From assembly GCF_009914755.1 (NCBI RefSeq), contig NC_060927.1: DNA of 64,000 nt. One strand, 5' to 3'. The notes under the pieces are model-generated. The model was not told the origin of the DNA, made no database searches, and was given only the letters and a program-made list of their open reading frames with translations. The stretch is from the human T2T-CHM13v2.0 reference genome, Homo sapiens. Positions 13,792 to 27,945 of the stretch are shown here, piece after piece (position 1 is the first letter of the stretch; every line of letters begins with the position of its first letter). Position numbers and translations under genes: made by a program.

Positions 13792-14427
13792 TGTCAGAGG
13801 CGTTCAAACCAGAGCCACTCCATCTTAAATAGGGGTTGAGTAAAATAAGGCTGAGACCCTACTGGGCTGCATTCCCAGGAGGTTAGGCTTTCTAAGTCAC
13901 AGGATGAGATAGGAGGCTGGCACAAGATACAGGTCATAAAGACCTTGCTGATAAAACAGTTTGCAGTAAAGAAGCTGGCCAAATCCCACCATAACCAAGA
14001 TGGCAACGAAAGTGACCTCTGGTCATCCTTGCTGCTCATTATGTGCTAATTATAATGCATTTGCCTGATAAAAGACACTCCCTCCAGAGCCATGACAGTT
14101 TACAGATGCCATGAAAAAGTCGGGAAGTTACCCTATATAGTCAAAAAAGGGGAGGAACCCTCAGTTCTGGGAATTGCCTACCCTTTTCCTGGAAAATTCA
14201 TGAATAATCCACCCCTCATTCAGCATATAATCAAGAAATAACTGTAAGTATCCTTAGTCCAGCAGCCCAAGCTGCTGCTCTGCCTATGGAGTAGCCATTC
14301 TTTTATTCATTTGCTTTCTAAATGAACTTTCTTTCACTTTACTCTATGGACTCACCCTGAATTCTTTCTTTGGCGAGATCCAAGAACCCTCTCTTGGCGT
14401 CCAGATTGGCATCCCTTTCCAGTAACA
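13792..14427 (+). mobile_element. MER41B-type solo LTR (ERV1)
   Basis: TGTCAGAGGCGTTCAAACCAGAGCCACTCCATCTT...AGTAACA; TG..CA termini; perfect 4-bp TSD CTTG (13788-13791, 14428-14431). Confidence 0.9.
14165..14194. promoter_or_regulatory. Tandem GAS (STAT) motifs in MER41
   Basis: TTCTGGGAA (14165-14173) and TTCCTGGAA (14186-14194), both matching TTCN3GAA. Confidence 0.65.
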
Positions 14428-15799
14428 CTTGTACTTTTAGGTTTTCTAGCACATTCACAGACTTATAGAATGTTAGAGCTGGAAGGATCTTTAAAGATCT
14501 GCTAGTCTCACAGCCTAATTTTATAGGAAAAGTTTGGACAGGAGAAATGACTTGTTCAGTTCTTCGAGAAACCCTACAAATTCAAGGATTAGGATTCTAG
14601 GTTTTGATTAGGAACTACTGCTCCAATTGCCCCATCACCTGCTTGTGATTAGAAGTGAAACTGTCAGGCACTAAAGACGATGTCCAGTTGACTTTCTTAC
14701 CTCATACAAACAGAAGACTTGAAAAGCCATTTTAATAGGGAAAGATTTAGGAAGAAATCAGGCAGATGTTTGAAGCATTTTTTTGTGTGTGTAAAGTATT
14801 AGCAGATTTGTCTCTTCTTGGGGCTGTGAGAATGAAGATATTAGATTCAAACCCAATGTCTCCCATATTGTTCTTGCTGGAATGTCACAATACAAGAATC
14901 CATGGCGGGCACTAGCTGTTGCCTACCAATACCACCTACCTTTTCTTTCTTTCCAATAGAATCCTGATTTGTTCAAGAGGCTGGTGGGGATCCCTTTATC
15001 TCAGGGAGGGTGAACATGACCCCAGCCCCAGAGAATGAATCGGGGATTCACAGGGATTGGTGTAAGGGTTATCATGTGACCCGGTTCTGCCCATGGGGCC
15101 TAAGGAGAAATCTGCAGGGAGGGCTTCCTTTCCCTCCTCAGGAACGAGCCTTCTATTCATTCATCATTTTGGTTTCTCCCCCTTCCTTTGACCTGGAACA
15201 TGCATGTGAGGCCTAAAAATGAAGACAATAAGACAAAATGCCAGGAACAGAAAATCAGAAAGCACGTGGGTCTGGGATAACTTTATCATTTTCTTATCAT
15301 TTTCTCCATCCTGAACTGCCAAACCTCAGACTTTTTCTTTTGGGAGATAAAGCCCTAGTTGTTAAGCTAATGTTAGATTTTCAGATACTTATAATTGAAT
15401 GCACTCTTAATTGATACATATAAAGAGAAGTGATATCATACAATGTGCCTGCCCTTCAGATTTAAATTTTATTCATAGAATCCAAGATAAAGGCAGCAAA
15501 TGCTCATGAATGAGCGAAACTGCCCCATTTGCTAATTTCTCTTCCAAGGACTGTATAGAGTTGCATATACTTGGTTACAGGGTTTACACGGTTTCACATT
15601 CAATAGTGCCATGGTGGGTTGAGTCGAAGCTTCTAATATAATTTCAGATTTTAAAAACCTAGGTTAGGCTAATTGGAGTCTCAGGGGCCCCCATAATCTA
15701 GATGATGTCGCATCTGTGCTCTTACATACTACACTGCCTCACATAAGCATAAATTTTGAACACACCTCAGATGTTGTGATGTAATTATATAAAGACAAT

Positions 15800-16410
15800 A
15801 GCTAAAGAGCCATTATCTTATAATGGCTAATATTCGTGTATGCTCACCATGTCCCGAAAACCATGTGGGTGCCTCTAGTGTATTATCTCATTTAACTCTC
15901 AGAAAACCCCCTGTGAAATAAATCATTTACTTCTTTCAAATGAGGAAGGTAAGATTTACAGAAGTTAAATAACTTGCCCAAGCTCATTCAGCTATGAAAG
16001 TGCAGTCTGGATTCCAGGGCCTGTATTCTTAATGACTATTCTTTTGAAAAAATTAAACTAATTGATAATGGTTATTATATGATAACTTAACAATTATATT
16101 GAAAACTAATATATCAAGATCCAAATTTTAAAAACACCCTGAAATAATAGCTACTTGTTATACAGTGCTTATTATGTGATAGGTTCTATTCTATCTATTC
16201 TATTCTATTTTCCTGTCTTAACTCATTTAATACACTAACACTATGAGGTAGGTACTATTATTATTGTTTTCAAGCTGAGGAAAAAGAAACTCAGAGAGGT
16301 TAAGTAACTGGTTCAGGGTCACACAGCTAACACGTTGTAGAATCTGAATTTGAACGCAGGCAGTATGGCTCTAGCATCTGTTCTCTTATTTATACACTAC
16401 TCTGCCTCAC
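15800..16410 (-). mobile_element. Two MIR SINE remnants (~15800-16040 and ~16140-16410)
   Basis: MIR cores GAAGTTAAATAACTTGCCCAAG and GAAACTCAGAGAGGTTAAGTAACTGGTTCAGGGTCACACAGCTA. Confidence 0.7.
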
Positions 16411-16861
16411 AAAAGGATACATTTTGGATATACCTCAGGTTTGGTGATGTAATTATATAAATTTAATTATATCAAATTGAAGCCTAGCTGATTACTAAAT
16501 ATAATAAAGAAGTTTAAATGCCAGCACTCAAGCCTATTTTTTCATTTTAATAGTTAAATATCTTTCTAGAAGGACACAATTTCCTTCACACCTGGAAGTG
16601 ATAACTCTTTCATCACTCTGGAAAGTCACAATACAGAAACAGCACATTAATTTGTAAGAAAGTTTATATCTAAGCCTTAGATTTTTTTTAAACTTCCCTC
16701 TCCTCCTCCCTTTGATACGTTTTCGATGAGTGGAGGAACACCAGGGCTCTTGTCTTGTGTCAAACTGGAAAAAAACTACACGGACACACGTGCAGTGGTT
16801 TTAAGGAGTGGAGAGTTTAATAGGCAAGAAGGAACTGAGAAGCCAGAAAGAAGAAGCTCCC

Positions 16862-18048
16862 TGCGAGGCTCTTGTATCGGTTGGAACCCAGAGAGCCCAC
16901 CAACAAACAACATGAAGCGGTGTGGAGCAACAAGCTGCTTTTTTTTTTTTTTCCATTTATGTCGGTGGATTATTTTATTTTTATTTTATTTTATTGTTAT
17001 TATTATACTTTAAGTTGTAGGGTACATAAGCACAATGTGCAGGTTTGTTACATAGGGATACATGTGCCATTTGGTTTGTTGCACCCATCACCTCATCATT
17101 TGCATTAGGTATTTCTCCTAACGCTATCCGCCCCCAGCCCCCCACTCACCAGCAGGCCCTGGTGTGTGATGTTCCCCACTGTGTGTCCATGTGTTTTCAT
17201 TGTTCAACTCCCACTTATGAGTGAGAACACGTGGTGTTTGGTTTTCTGTCCTTGTGATATTTTGCTGAGAATGATGGTTTCCAGCTTCATCCATGTCCCT
17301 GCGAAGGACATGAATTCATCTTTTTTTATGGCTACATAGTATTCCATGGTGTATATGTGCCACATTTTCTTTATCCAGTTTATTATTGATGGACATTTGG
17401 GTTGGTTCCACATATTTGCTATTGTGAATAGTGCCACAATAAACATACGTGTGCATGTCTTTATAGTAGCATGATGTATAATCCTTTGGGTATATACCCA
17501 GTAATGGGATGGCTGGGTCAAATGGTATTTCTAGTTCTAGATCCTTGAGGAATCGCCACACTGTCTTCCACAATGGTTGAACTAATTTACACTCCCAAGA
17601 ACAGAGTAAAAGCATTCCTATTTCTCCACATCCTCTCCAGCATCTGCTGTTTCCTGACTTTTTAATGATTGTCATTCTAACTGGCTTGAGATGGTATCTC
17701 ATTGTGGTTTTGATTTGCATTTCTCCCAAGAGGCTGTTTTAATGAGCGCCTGTATGCAGGCGGGCTGAGGCTTAAAATGGCGTCGGCACCAAATGAGGAC
17801 GGGACAGGGGTTTTATAGTGTCCTGTAAACAGGAAGTGTCTCAGTCTGATGTAACTGCTACTCAGTATCCTGACGGCCTCTTCCTCAGTCTTCGGGGGAT
17901 ATGTGTCTTCCAGCCAGCTCTCTTCCTGCTTCTGCTGTCTTGCTGACACATGCTGCTGGCACAAGTGGCCTGGAGCCTTGGGACTGGGCCTGAGGAGGGA
18001 GGAGTTATTCATTCCCTTAAGCTTTCAGGCCCTGGGGAGAATCTTTCA
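16862..18048 (-). mobile_element. MER48-like solo LTR (middle layer of nest)
   Basis: Minus strand begins TGAAAGATTCTCCCCAGGGCCTGAAAGCTT; 5-bp TSD CTCCC (16857-16861, 18049-18053). Family name from recall. Confidence 0.7.
16939..17732 (-). mobile_element. 5'-truncated L1PA (about PA6-8), innermost layer of nest
   Basis: ORF2 C-terminus ([11 protein letters not shown]...CWRGCGEIG...HCWWECK-like) and 3' UTR with A-rich tail; GCTG(C/T)TTT on both flanks. Confidence 0.92.
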
Positions 18049-18598
18049 CTCCCCTGTACAGAGACAGAGGGAGGGGGGCTCCCCCAAGTGCCATGGATAT
18101 CCGCCAGTTTTATGAATAGGCTGGAGGAGGCGGTGTCTGATTTGCACAGGGCTCAGGGGATTGGTTTGACCAGGCACGTCCTTCATGTAGCCCACGAAAA
18201 AGCTGGCCCTCCCACCCTAGCCTTTTAATATGAAAGTACAGGTTGCCATGATGTTCTACACAGGGGATATGTGGGGGTGGCCATATTGCCCAGCACATGT
18301 TGGGGCAAGGGCAAGAGGACAATGCTGGGAATCGCCATGTTGGGTGGACCCAGTTTCTAGTGGCCTGCATTTGCATATCAAAGGTTGCCTGCCTGGCTCT
18401 AAGAGCCCGGGCTTTACAAGAAAGGTTTCTGAAGATGCTTTAAAAAATGAAAACTTCCAAAGGACCCCTGTTCTTCTGTATCTGCCTAAAATAATTTCTT
18501 AATAACTCCTACAACACCTTGACTCTCCCTGTGCCCCACCTGAGCACCCTTGCAGAATTCAAGCTTATTATGGGAGGTAGTGCCCCTCCCCACACTGC

Positions 18599-19044
18599 TG
18601 TTATAAATAAAGTTTCAGTGCTGCAAAAGAAATAGCACTCAAATATAAAATTATCTTTTTAATACTCAGCAGGGCAATGTACTTATATAGAAGGGTGTGC
18701 CCTTACAGATGGAGCAATGGTGAGCACACACTTGGACAAGGGAGGGGAAGGGGTTCTTATCCCTGACGCACGTGGCCCGTGCTGCTGTGTCATTCCCCTA
18801 TTGGCTAGGGTAGACCGCACAGGCTAAACTAATTCCGATTGGCTAATTTAAAGCGAGTGACAGGGTGAGTGGTTTGGCAGGAAAAATTGTTATGACAGAG
18901 CAGGTAATCAGAATGAGTCAGGGTGGAGCAGGTAATTGAAAAAGTTTGCTTTACGAGGAAGTTAAGTTTAAAAGTATAAGGTAAAGAATTGAACATACTG
19001 ACGTATTGATTCTTTGAAAAGAAATTTAGAACTCATATCTAACA
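18599..19044 (-). repeat. 3' LTR (LTR10-type, 446 bp)
   Basis: Minus strand TGTTAGATATGAGTTCTAAATTTC...TTATAACA, preceded by a purine tract; one TGAGTCA at 18914-18920. Confidence 0.9.
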
Positions 19045-19049
19045 ACCCT

Positions 19050-21400
<2,351 letters not shown>

Positions 21401-21419
21401 TATGGCCCATGACTCTGGA

Positions 21420-21600
21420 GGGGGACAGTGCTTTCTTGACCCGGGTGTGATGAGTCCATCCCCTTTTCACTGTGCGAACAGCAGTCTCGGTGGTTAGCAG
21501 CACAAGGTAGGGTCATTCTCAGACTGGCTCAAGTTTTCCTTCTTTCCACCCTTTGATGAGAACGTGATCCTCAGGCTGGTGCTGGTTTACTGGAAATTCT
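21420..21600 (-). pseudogene. Retroviral integrase C-terminal remnant
   Basis: PYLVLLTTETAVRTVKRGWTHHTRVKKA, the GPY/F-type integrase tail immediately upstream of env. Confidence 0.8.
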
Positions 21601-23250
21601 AGGGGTGGTACCTATGCAAAAAGACTCAGTTTTGAGGGAAAGGAAAGTGGAAGTATATAATATAAAGTGGAAGTATATAAACCAAGTATATAATTTCTAA
21701 GAAATTGATCTTTTATTTTAAATGTGGGGACATCAGCAGTGGACTTTATAGTCCTCGGTGCCTTCTTACTGAGAAATTTCCTTTAGCACGTATTTTTATT
21801 AGCTTTTAGACTAAAGAAAGCCAAACACCATTTTATATTTGACAATGCTTCCTGTATGATTTTTATACCAAATAAGCTAAACTTCACCTTTATATTAGTG
21901 TTATTCATGTTAAACTTAATTTTAATAAAACCTTGTAGACATATTTATCCAATTTTTAATGTCTGACCATAGGGTAAGATTTTTATAGGCTCTTTTTAAC
22001 CTTTTATAATTTTTGTTAAAGAGCAGGTTAGTGCTTTAAGAAAAAACTGTTGTGCTTTTATTTTAATGTCCAGTTCACAGACAAACTGGATGATACCCCT
22101 TTAACTTTAGCGAATATGTTTACACACAGAATTTCCTTCACAATTAACATTTCAAAACTTGCTTAAATCTTTAAAACAAAGTATTTTTTAACCTTTTAAT
22201 AGATAAAAATCCACATTTTTATGCCTCCTTATAATCCTTTTACCAAAGGTATATTTTACTTTCCTTATACACCTTGCACATAAACTGTTTCTTCAATAGT
22301 TTTACATTCAGGAGGCCTAATTACTTTTAAACTATACAACACATCTTTCATAAATTCCCTTTTATAACATTTTTTTCTCACGACTTTCACAGTCAATTGT
22401 TTGACATGCCTCAACTTTCTGACTTGTTGCAAATATCCCTTTCTTTAAACAACCAGTTAATTTATTTTAGGACAAGATTTTACCATATAACATTCCTTTC
22501 TACACAAAGATGATAACCATTCTTTTCCAAAGTAAACTTCCTTCATGTCTGTGGACTAGACTGTCTAAGGCCTCAAGATTAGAAGTTAGGATAATACATG
22601 TTACACTATTAACTTTTAGCAAACTTTACTTTTGTTGAAAACCTTGTAAGTTTGGGATTTCAATTATCCTTTGCTATTAATAAGATCTTGTTTAGTCTAA
22701 ATTAACTTAGAATTGGTACAGATGGTTCCTTCCTGGTTCTGTAAGTACTTTAAGGCTTGGTTGAGTGCAAACAGCTTCCAATTTGAGCAGACCAATTATT
22801 AAGCAATTTTCCTAACTCTACTTCTACAAGAGTTTTCCCTATCAATTACTGAATACCAATTGTGTCTTTTACCCTCAGTCACTGGGAGGAACCATCTATT
22901 GTTGTCCTGTCCTGAAGGGAGTTCCTCCTAGGTCTTGTCGGACCTTTGTATGGTAATTAATTACGATTTAGATCCCCTGTTAGGAAACCTGCTGGGTTAA
23001 GGGAATTATCAGTGATTAATGTTAAATCATCTTTTTCTAACAGAATAGCCCCAAACTTTAAGATTTTTGATTTAGTAAGCTACCTTTTTGCCTTTTTTTT
23101 TTTTTTTTTTGACTTAGGATAGTTCTGAACTGGTGAGGTGTGCTCACAATGAGGTTCCCTCTAAAAGTTATTTTTCTACTTCTGCTAGCCAAGCAGTTGC
23201 CGCTACAGATTGAATGCTTTTGGGCCATCCGCGGGTTACTGGGTTAAGGA

Positions 23251-23262
23251 TTTTTATTTATT

Positions 23263-23307
<45 letters not shown>

Positions 23308-23594
23308 GTTGTTGAGATGAAGTCTTGCTATGTCGTCCAGGCTGGAGTGCGGTGGTGCAATCTCGGCTCACTGTAAGCTCCGCCTCCTAGGTTCACGCCA
23401 TTGTCCTGCCTCAACCTCCTGAGTAGCTGGGACTACAGGCACCCGCCACCATGCCTGGCTAATTTTTTGTATTTTTAGTAGAGATGGGGTTTCACCGTGT
23501 TAGCCAGGATGGTCTTGATCTCCTGACCTCATGATCTGCCCACATTGGCCTTCCAAAGCGCTGGGATTACAGGAGTGAGTCACCACGCCCGGCC
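23251..23594 (-). mobile_element. AluY with (TTA)n microsatellite tail, inside provirus
   Basis: Reverse AluY (AAGCTCCGCC, CACGCCATT); AGGATTTTT on both flanks. Confidence 0.9.
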
Positions 23595-23771
23595 TAGGAT
23601 TTTTGACAGGAAGGCTATGGGTTGTCAGTGGCCTCAGTGCTTTCGGGCTATGCCCTTGTTTACACTGGCAACAAGGTGGTATTGGAGTGTTACAGGGTCA
23701 TGGAGAAGACCTTCAATTATCAATTATGGGTTTTAAATCTACCATGGCTTTTAAAGGAATAGGGTACGCTG

Positions 23772-24225
23772 TTTTTTCTTTACTACTTCTGTCTCTTTCT
23801 TTTTCTCTTTGACTTTCTGTCTCTCTCTTTCTCTCTCTCTTTGACTCCCTCTTTGTCTCTGTCTCTTCCTCTCTTTCTCTCCCTCTCTCTTTCTCTCTCT
23901 CTCTTTGACTCCCTCTTTGTCTCTGTCTCTTCCTCTCTCTCTGCCTTTCTCTCTCTTTCCCCTCTCTCTCTTCCCCCCTTCCCCTCTCTCTCTTCCCCCC
24001 TTTCCCCTTTCTCTGTCGCTCTTTCCCCTCTTTTTTCTCTCTCTCTTTTCTCTCTCTCTCTCCCCTCTCTCTCTTCCCCCCTTTCCCCTCTCTCTTCCCC
24101 CCTTTCCCCTTTCTCTGTCTCTCTTTCCCCTCTCTTTTTTTCTCTCTCTCTCTTTTCTCTCTCTCTCTCCCCCCCACTTTCTCTCTCTCCCTCTTTCCTC
24201 TCTGCTGTTCTTTCCCTGCCTCTGC
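23772..24225. repeat. ~450-bp polypyrimidine (C/T) low-complexity tract
   Basis: Nearly pure C/T with repeated sub-blocks such as TTTGACTCCCTCTTTGTCTCTGTCTCTTCCTCTCT (x2). Confidence 0.95.
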
Positions 24226-24366
24226 CAGCTGCTTAGGCTGCTGTTCTCCAGTCTCCTTCCCCTTCCCCTGGAGGAGGGACTGGCAGGAGTGGAGCTACTC
24301 TTTCTTCCCCCAAGAAGAAAGGAAAGGGGAGTTCTGAATATTTTTCTTACTACCGGAGGTTTGTGT

Positions 24367-24730
24367 GAGGTTCAATTCCCCCCATCAGGATTTCTCACCT
24401 CTTTTTGAGGTTCAACGTCCCCCATGGGGATTTCTCATCTCTTTTTGAGGTTCAACCCCCACCATGGGGGATTTCTCACCTCTTTTTGAGGTTCAACCCC
24501 CCACTTATGGGGATTTCTCACCTCTTTTAGAGGTTCAGCCCCCCCATGGGGATTTCTTACCTCTTTTTGAGGTTCAACCCCCCCCATGGGTATTTCTCAC
24601 CTCTTTTTGAGGTTCAATCCCCCCATGGGTATTTCTCACCTCTTTTTGAGGTTTAACCCTCCCTCATGGGGATTTCTTACCTCTTTTTGAGGTTCAACCT
24701 CCCCATCATGGGGATTTCTCACGTCTTTTT
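24367..24730. repeat. Minisatellite, 9 x ~40 bp
   Basis: Head-to-tail unit GAGGTTCAA-Cn-ATGGGGATTTCTCACCTCTTTTT, 9 copies counted by eye. Confidence 0.93.
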
Positions 24731-24744
24731 AACCTCCAAGGCTT

Positions 24745-24942
24745 CCCAACTAAGGAATACTTCACTGCCCCCTGTGGCTTTCTTTCCCTAGTCCTAACTA
24801 AGGAATGCTTTACTGCCCCTGCAGTTTCTCTCTACTTGGTATGTCCTAACCAAGGAATGATTTACCGCCTCGCAGCTTTTTCCTTAGTCTCGACCACCAA
24901 GGAAATACTTTACCAGCTCCTGTGGCTTCTCCTTCCTTGGTC
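24745..24942. repeat. Diverged minisatellite, 4 x ~50 bp
   Basis: Unit approximately CCTAACYAAGGAATRCTTTACYGCCCCTGYRGCTTTYTCCTTRGT. Confidence 0.8.
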
Positions 24943-25147
24943 TGTGCACAGAGTCATTGTCGCAGTATGTGAGGATCCTTTAAGCTAGGTTGTGGGCCAG
25001 TTTTTTTTTTTTTCCCATGTTGCTGAGAGCTCAGGTTATTCCTTGCACTGGGTGAGTCTTGATTTCTCACCCCTGAGGCCACCACAAGGGGGCGGGGCAT
25101 GCCTCCTCATGAGAGAGAACCAGAGACTGCCCCCAGAGTGGAATGTA

Positions 25148-25165
25148 ATCCCGGATGAGCCCCCA
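25148..25165 (-). other. Primer binding site complementary to tRNA-Pro
   Basis: TGGGGGCTCATCCGGGAT 3 nt after the 5' LTR; one mismatch to the canonical TGGGGGCTCGTCCGGGAT. Confidence 0.9.
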
Positions 25166-25168
25166 AAT

Positions 25169-25642
25169 TGTTATAAATAAAGTTTTGGTGCTGCAAAAGA
25201 AATAGCACTCAGATATAACATTTTCTTTTTAATTCTCAGCAAGGCAAGTTACTTATATAGAAGGGTGCGCCCTTACAGATGGAGCAATGGTGAGCACACA
25301 CTTGGACAAGGGAGGGGAAGGGGTTCTTATCCCTGACGCATGTGGCCCCTGCTGCTGTGTCATTCCCCTATTGGCTAGGGTTAGATCACACAGGCTAAAC
25401 TAATTACGACTGGCTAATCTAAACAGACTGAAGGGGTGAGTGGTTCGTCGGGAAAAATGGTTATGACAGAGCATGTAATTGGAATGAGTCAGGGCAGAGT
25501 AGATAATCGGCATGAGTCAGGGTGGAGCAGGTAATTAAAAAAGTTGCTTTACAAGAAAGTTAAGTTTAAAAGTAGAAGGCAAAGAATTGAACATACTGAC
25601 ATATTGATTCTTTGAAAAGAAATTTAGAACTCATATCTAACA
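25169..25642 (-). repeat. 5' LTR (LTR10-type, 474 bp)
   Basis: Direct repeat of 18599-19044 with one extra 28-bp unit; TGAGTCA at 25485-25491 and 25513-25519. Confidence 0.9.
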
Positions 25643-25760
25643 CTGCCCTGAAGGGCAATCCCTCACTCTATACCTCAGCTCATCCCATTATGTTACTCAA
25701 ATGTTGGGAGCCTCAGGGATTTTTCACCTCCTTTCTGTACACCTTAAGAAACCCTGATAT

Positions 25761-25899
25761 GGCTGGGCCTGGTGGCACATGCCTGTAGTCCCAGCTGCTT
25801 GGGAGGCTGAGGCAGGAGGATTGTTTGAGCCCAGAAATTTGAGGCTAGCCTGGACAACATAGTGAGACCCCTGTCCCTGAAAAATAAATAAAACAAAAC
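25761..25899 (+). mobile_element. Alu monomer (FLAM/FRAM)
   Basis: GGCTGGGCCTGGTGGCACATGCCTGTAGTCCCAGC...AACATAGTGAGACCC plus A-rich tail. Confidence 0.85.
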
Positions 25900-25971
25900 C
25901 AGTCCCTGAGTTGGACCAGGATCTGAGGTTGGAAATAGAGGGTGTTTTGGATACTGATTTGAAATTCCTAA

Positions 25972-26375
25972 AACAATGGTCCTCATCCTTGCCTGTGCAC
26001 TGGAATCACCTGAGGAGTTTCAAAAAAATTATCATATTTGGGTCTCATCCCTAGTGTTTCTATTTGGTTGATCTGAGGCATGCTCTGGGCACTGTGAGTT
26101 ATGGAGTTGTCAAAAGATCCAATGCACAGATGAACTTGAGAACCACTGTTTCTAGAGGAGGGTTTCTGAACCTCAGTGCTATGGGCATTCAGCACTACGT
26201 AGTTCTTTGTTGTGGGAGATTGTCTTGGGCATTGTGGAAAGTTTATCAGAACGTCTAGACTTTACTGACTAGATGCCAGGAGCACCCTCCCCAGTTGTGA
26301 CAACAAAAAATGTCTCTAGACTTTGCCAGATGTCTTGGGGTGGGAAGGACAAAATTGCTTCTGTTGAGCACCATT
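25972..26375. mobile_element. Adjacent hAT-Charlie MITEs (MER5-like then MER3/MER20-like)
   Basis: GAATCACCTGAGGAG...TTGAGAACCACTG, then GTTGTGACAACAAAAAATGTCTCTAGACTTTGCCAGATGTC. Confidence 0.65.
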
Positions 26376-26467
26376 AGTCCTGAGCCATTGCTAGTAGTCT
26401 GGGCTGTGAAAGACATCTCTGAGAAAGAAAGAAAGAAGGTGGCTGTTATTGCACCCTCTCTAACAAA

Positions 26468-26604
26468 ATATATATATATATATACATGTGTATATATATG
26501 TATATATATGTATATATATATGTATATATGTATATATATGTGTATATATATATATGTGTATATATATGTGTATATATATATATGGAGAGAGAGAGAGAGA
26601 GAGA
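26468..26604. repeat. Compound (TA)/(TATG)/(GA) microsatellite
   Basis: Seen directly. Confidence 0.95.
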
Positions 26605-27567
26605 TGCCAAGGGGATCTGGCAGAAAATTCTCCTGTCATTGGAAGAAACTTAATCAGGGTGCTTTCTGTTCTTTAAGGTTTTCTATTTCTAAGCAAAGAG
26701 ATGGCATATTTCTTGGGGAGCATGGTAGAGGAAGGCATCTTAGAAAACGGAATTAAGAAAATGATACAGGAAACTTTCTAGCTGATCTGAGGCACAACAA
26801 AAGGAAATGAAATCTTCTTATAATTAGTATGAACAGTCTGGCTTGGATGAAATCTTGCCTCCAACTAAGGAGTTGCAGCCAGCAGTGGGGTGACAAAGTA
26901 AAAGGGCTTGGGTGCTAAGTGGATGTCAACCAGGAATGTTGCATTAGCCCTAGGAAGGCTTTGCCACCAAATTGAGAGTAGAGTGAGCTGAAATGGGTGA
27001 GAGTTGATATATGTGTATAAGAATAGTGTTAGAATGAACTCATAAGGGGAAGCCTGGGGTTTGTGAATGAAATATTTCAGTGGTTGTCTTAGTTACTGGT
27101 TGAGAGAAGAGTCCAGGAAGTACCCTAGGAGAGTGGGGAAGTGAGAGGGAAGGGAAGGATGTGAATAATGGGTGCATTATCAAGAAGTTGCCATGTGGGC
27201 ACTTGGAGCAGAATTCCTCTGGGAGCTGCAGAGAGCCAGGGCAGAACACAAACCTCAGAGGTATGAGGTGACAGAGCTGCTGTATTAATCCACTAATTCC
27301 TATTTGTCATGGGTTTAAGGCTACATCCAAGGCCATTCATTCCTAAGCACTTTGGCTGAGTTCTGGTTTTGGCTTCAGGCAGAGTTGCCAGTGCTGGCAA
27401 TAGAAAGCAGCCAGTTGGCACTGAATGGTGATTGCTGATGGGATGTAGGTAAGCCACTGGCAGCCTCTGCTACAGTGGTCGATTTTTAAACTTATTTTAA
27501 AGTACTGACTTCTTTGCTTAGTTAATGTTTAATTTTTAATAGACTTTTTTTATATGAAAGAATATCG

Positions 27568-27945
<378 letters not shown>

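Larger units (their letters stand above)
16713..18516 (-). mobile_element. MER61-like solo LTR (outer layer of nest; ~610 bp without its insert)
   Basis: Minus strand begins TGTTGTAGGAGTTATTAAGAAATTATTTTAGGCAGATA; TG..CA termini; 4-bp TSD CCTT (16709-16712, 18517-18520). Confidence 0.75.

Noticed and set aside
18270-18320. p53 response element expected in MER61-type LTRs
   Set aside because: I could not find two adjacent RRRCWWGYYY half-sites in this copy.
23713-24408. ORFs of 131-167 aa (R/E/K-rich or L/S/P-rich)
   Set aside because: Artefacts of the C/T low-complexity tract, which lacks stop codons.
24367-24730. CRISPR-like appearance of the 9 x ~40-bp array
   Set aside because: Units are head-to-tail without unique spacers, there are no cas genes, and the array lies in a retroviral leader in a primate genome.
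26310-26756. 148-aa ORF with YI repeats
   Set aside because: Reads through a (TA)/(GA) microsatellite and a MITE.
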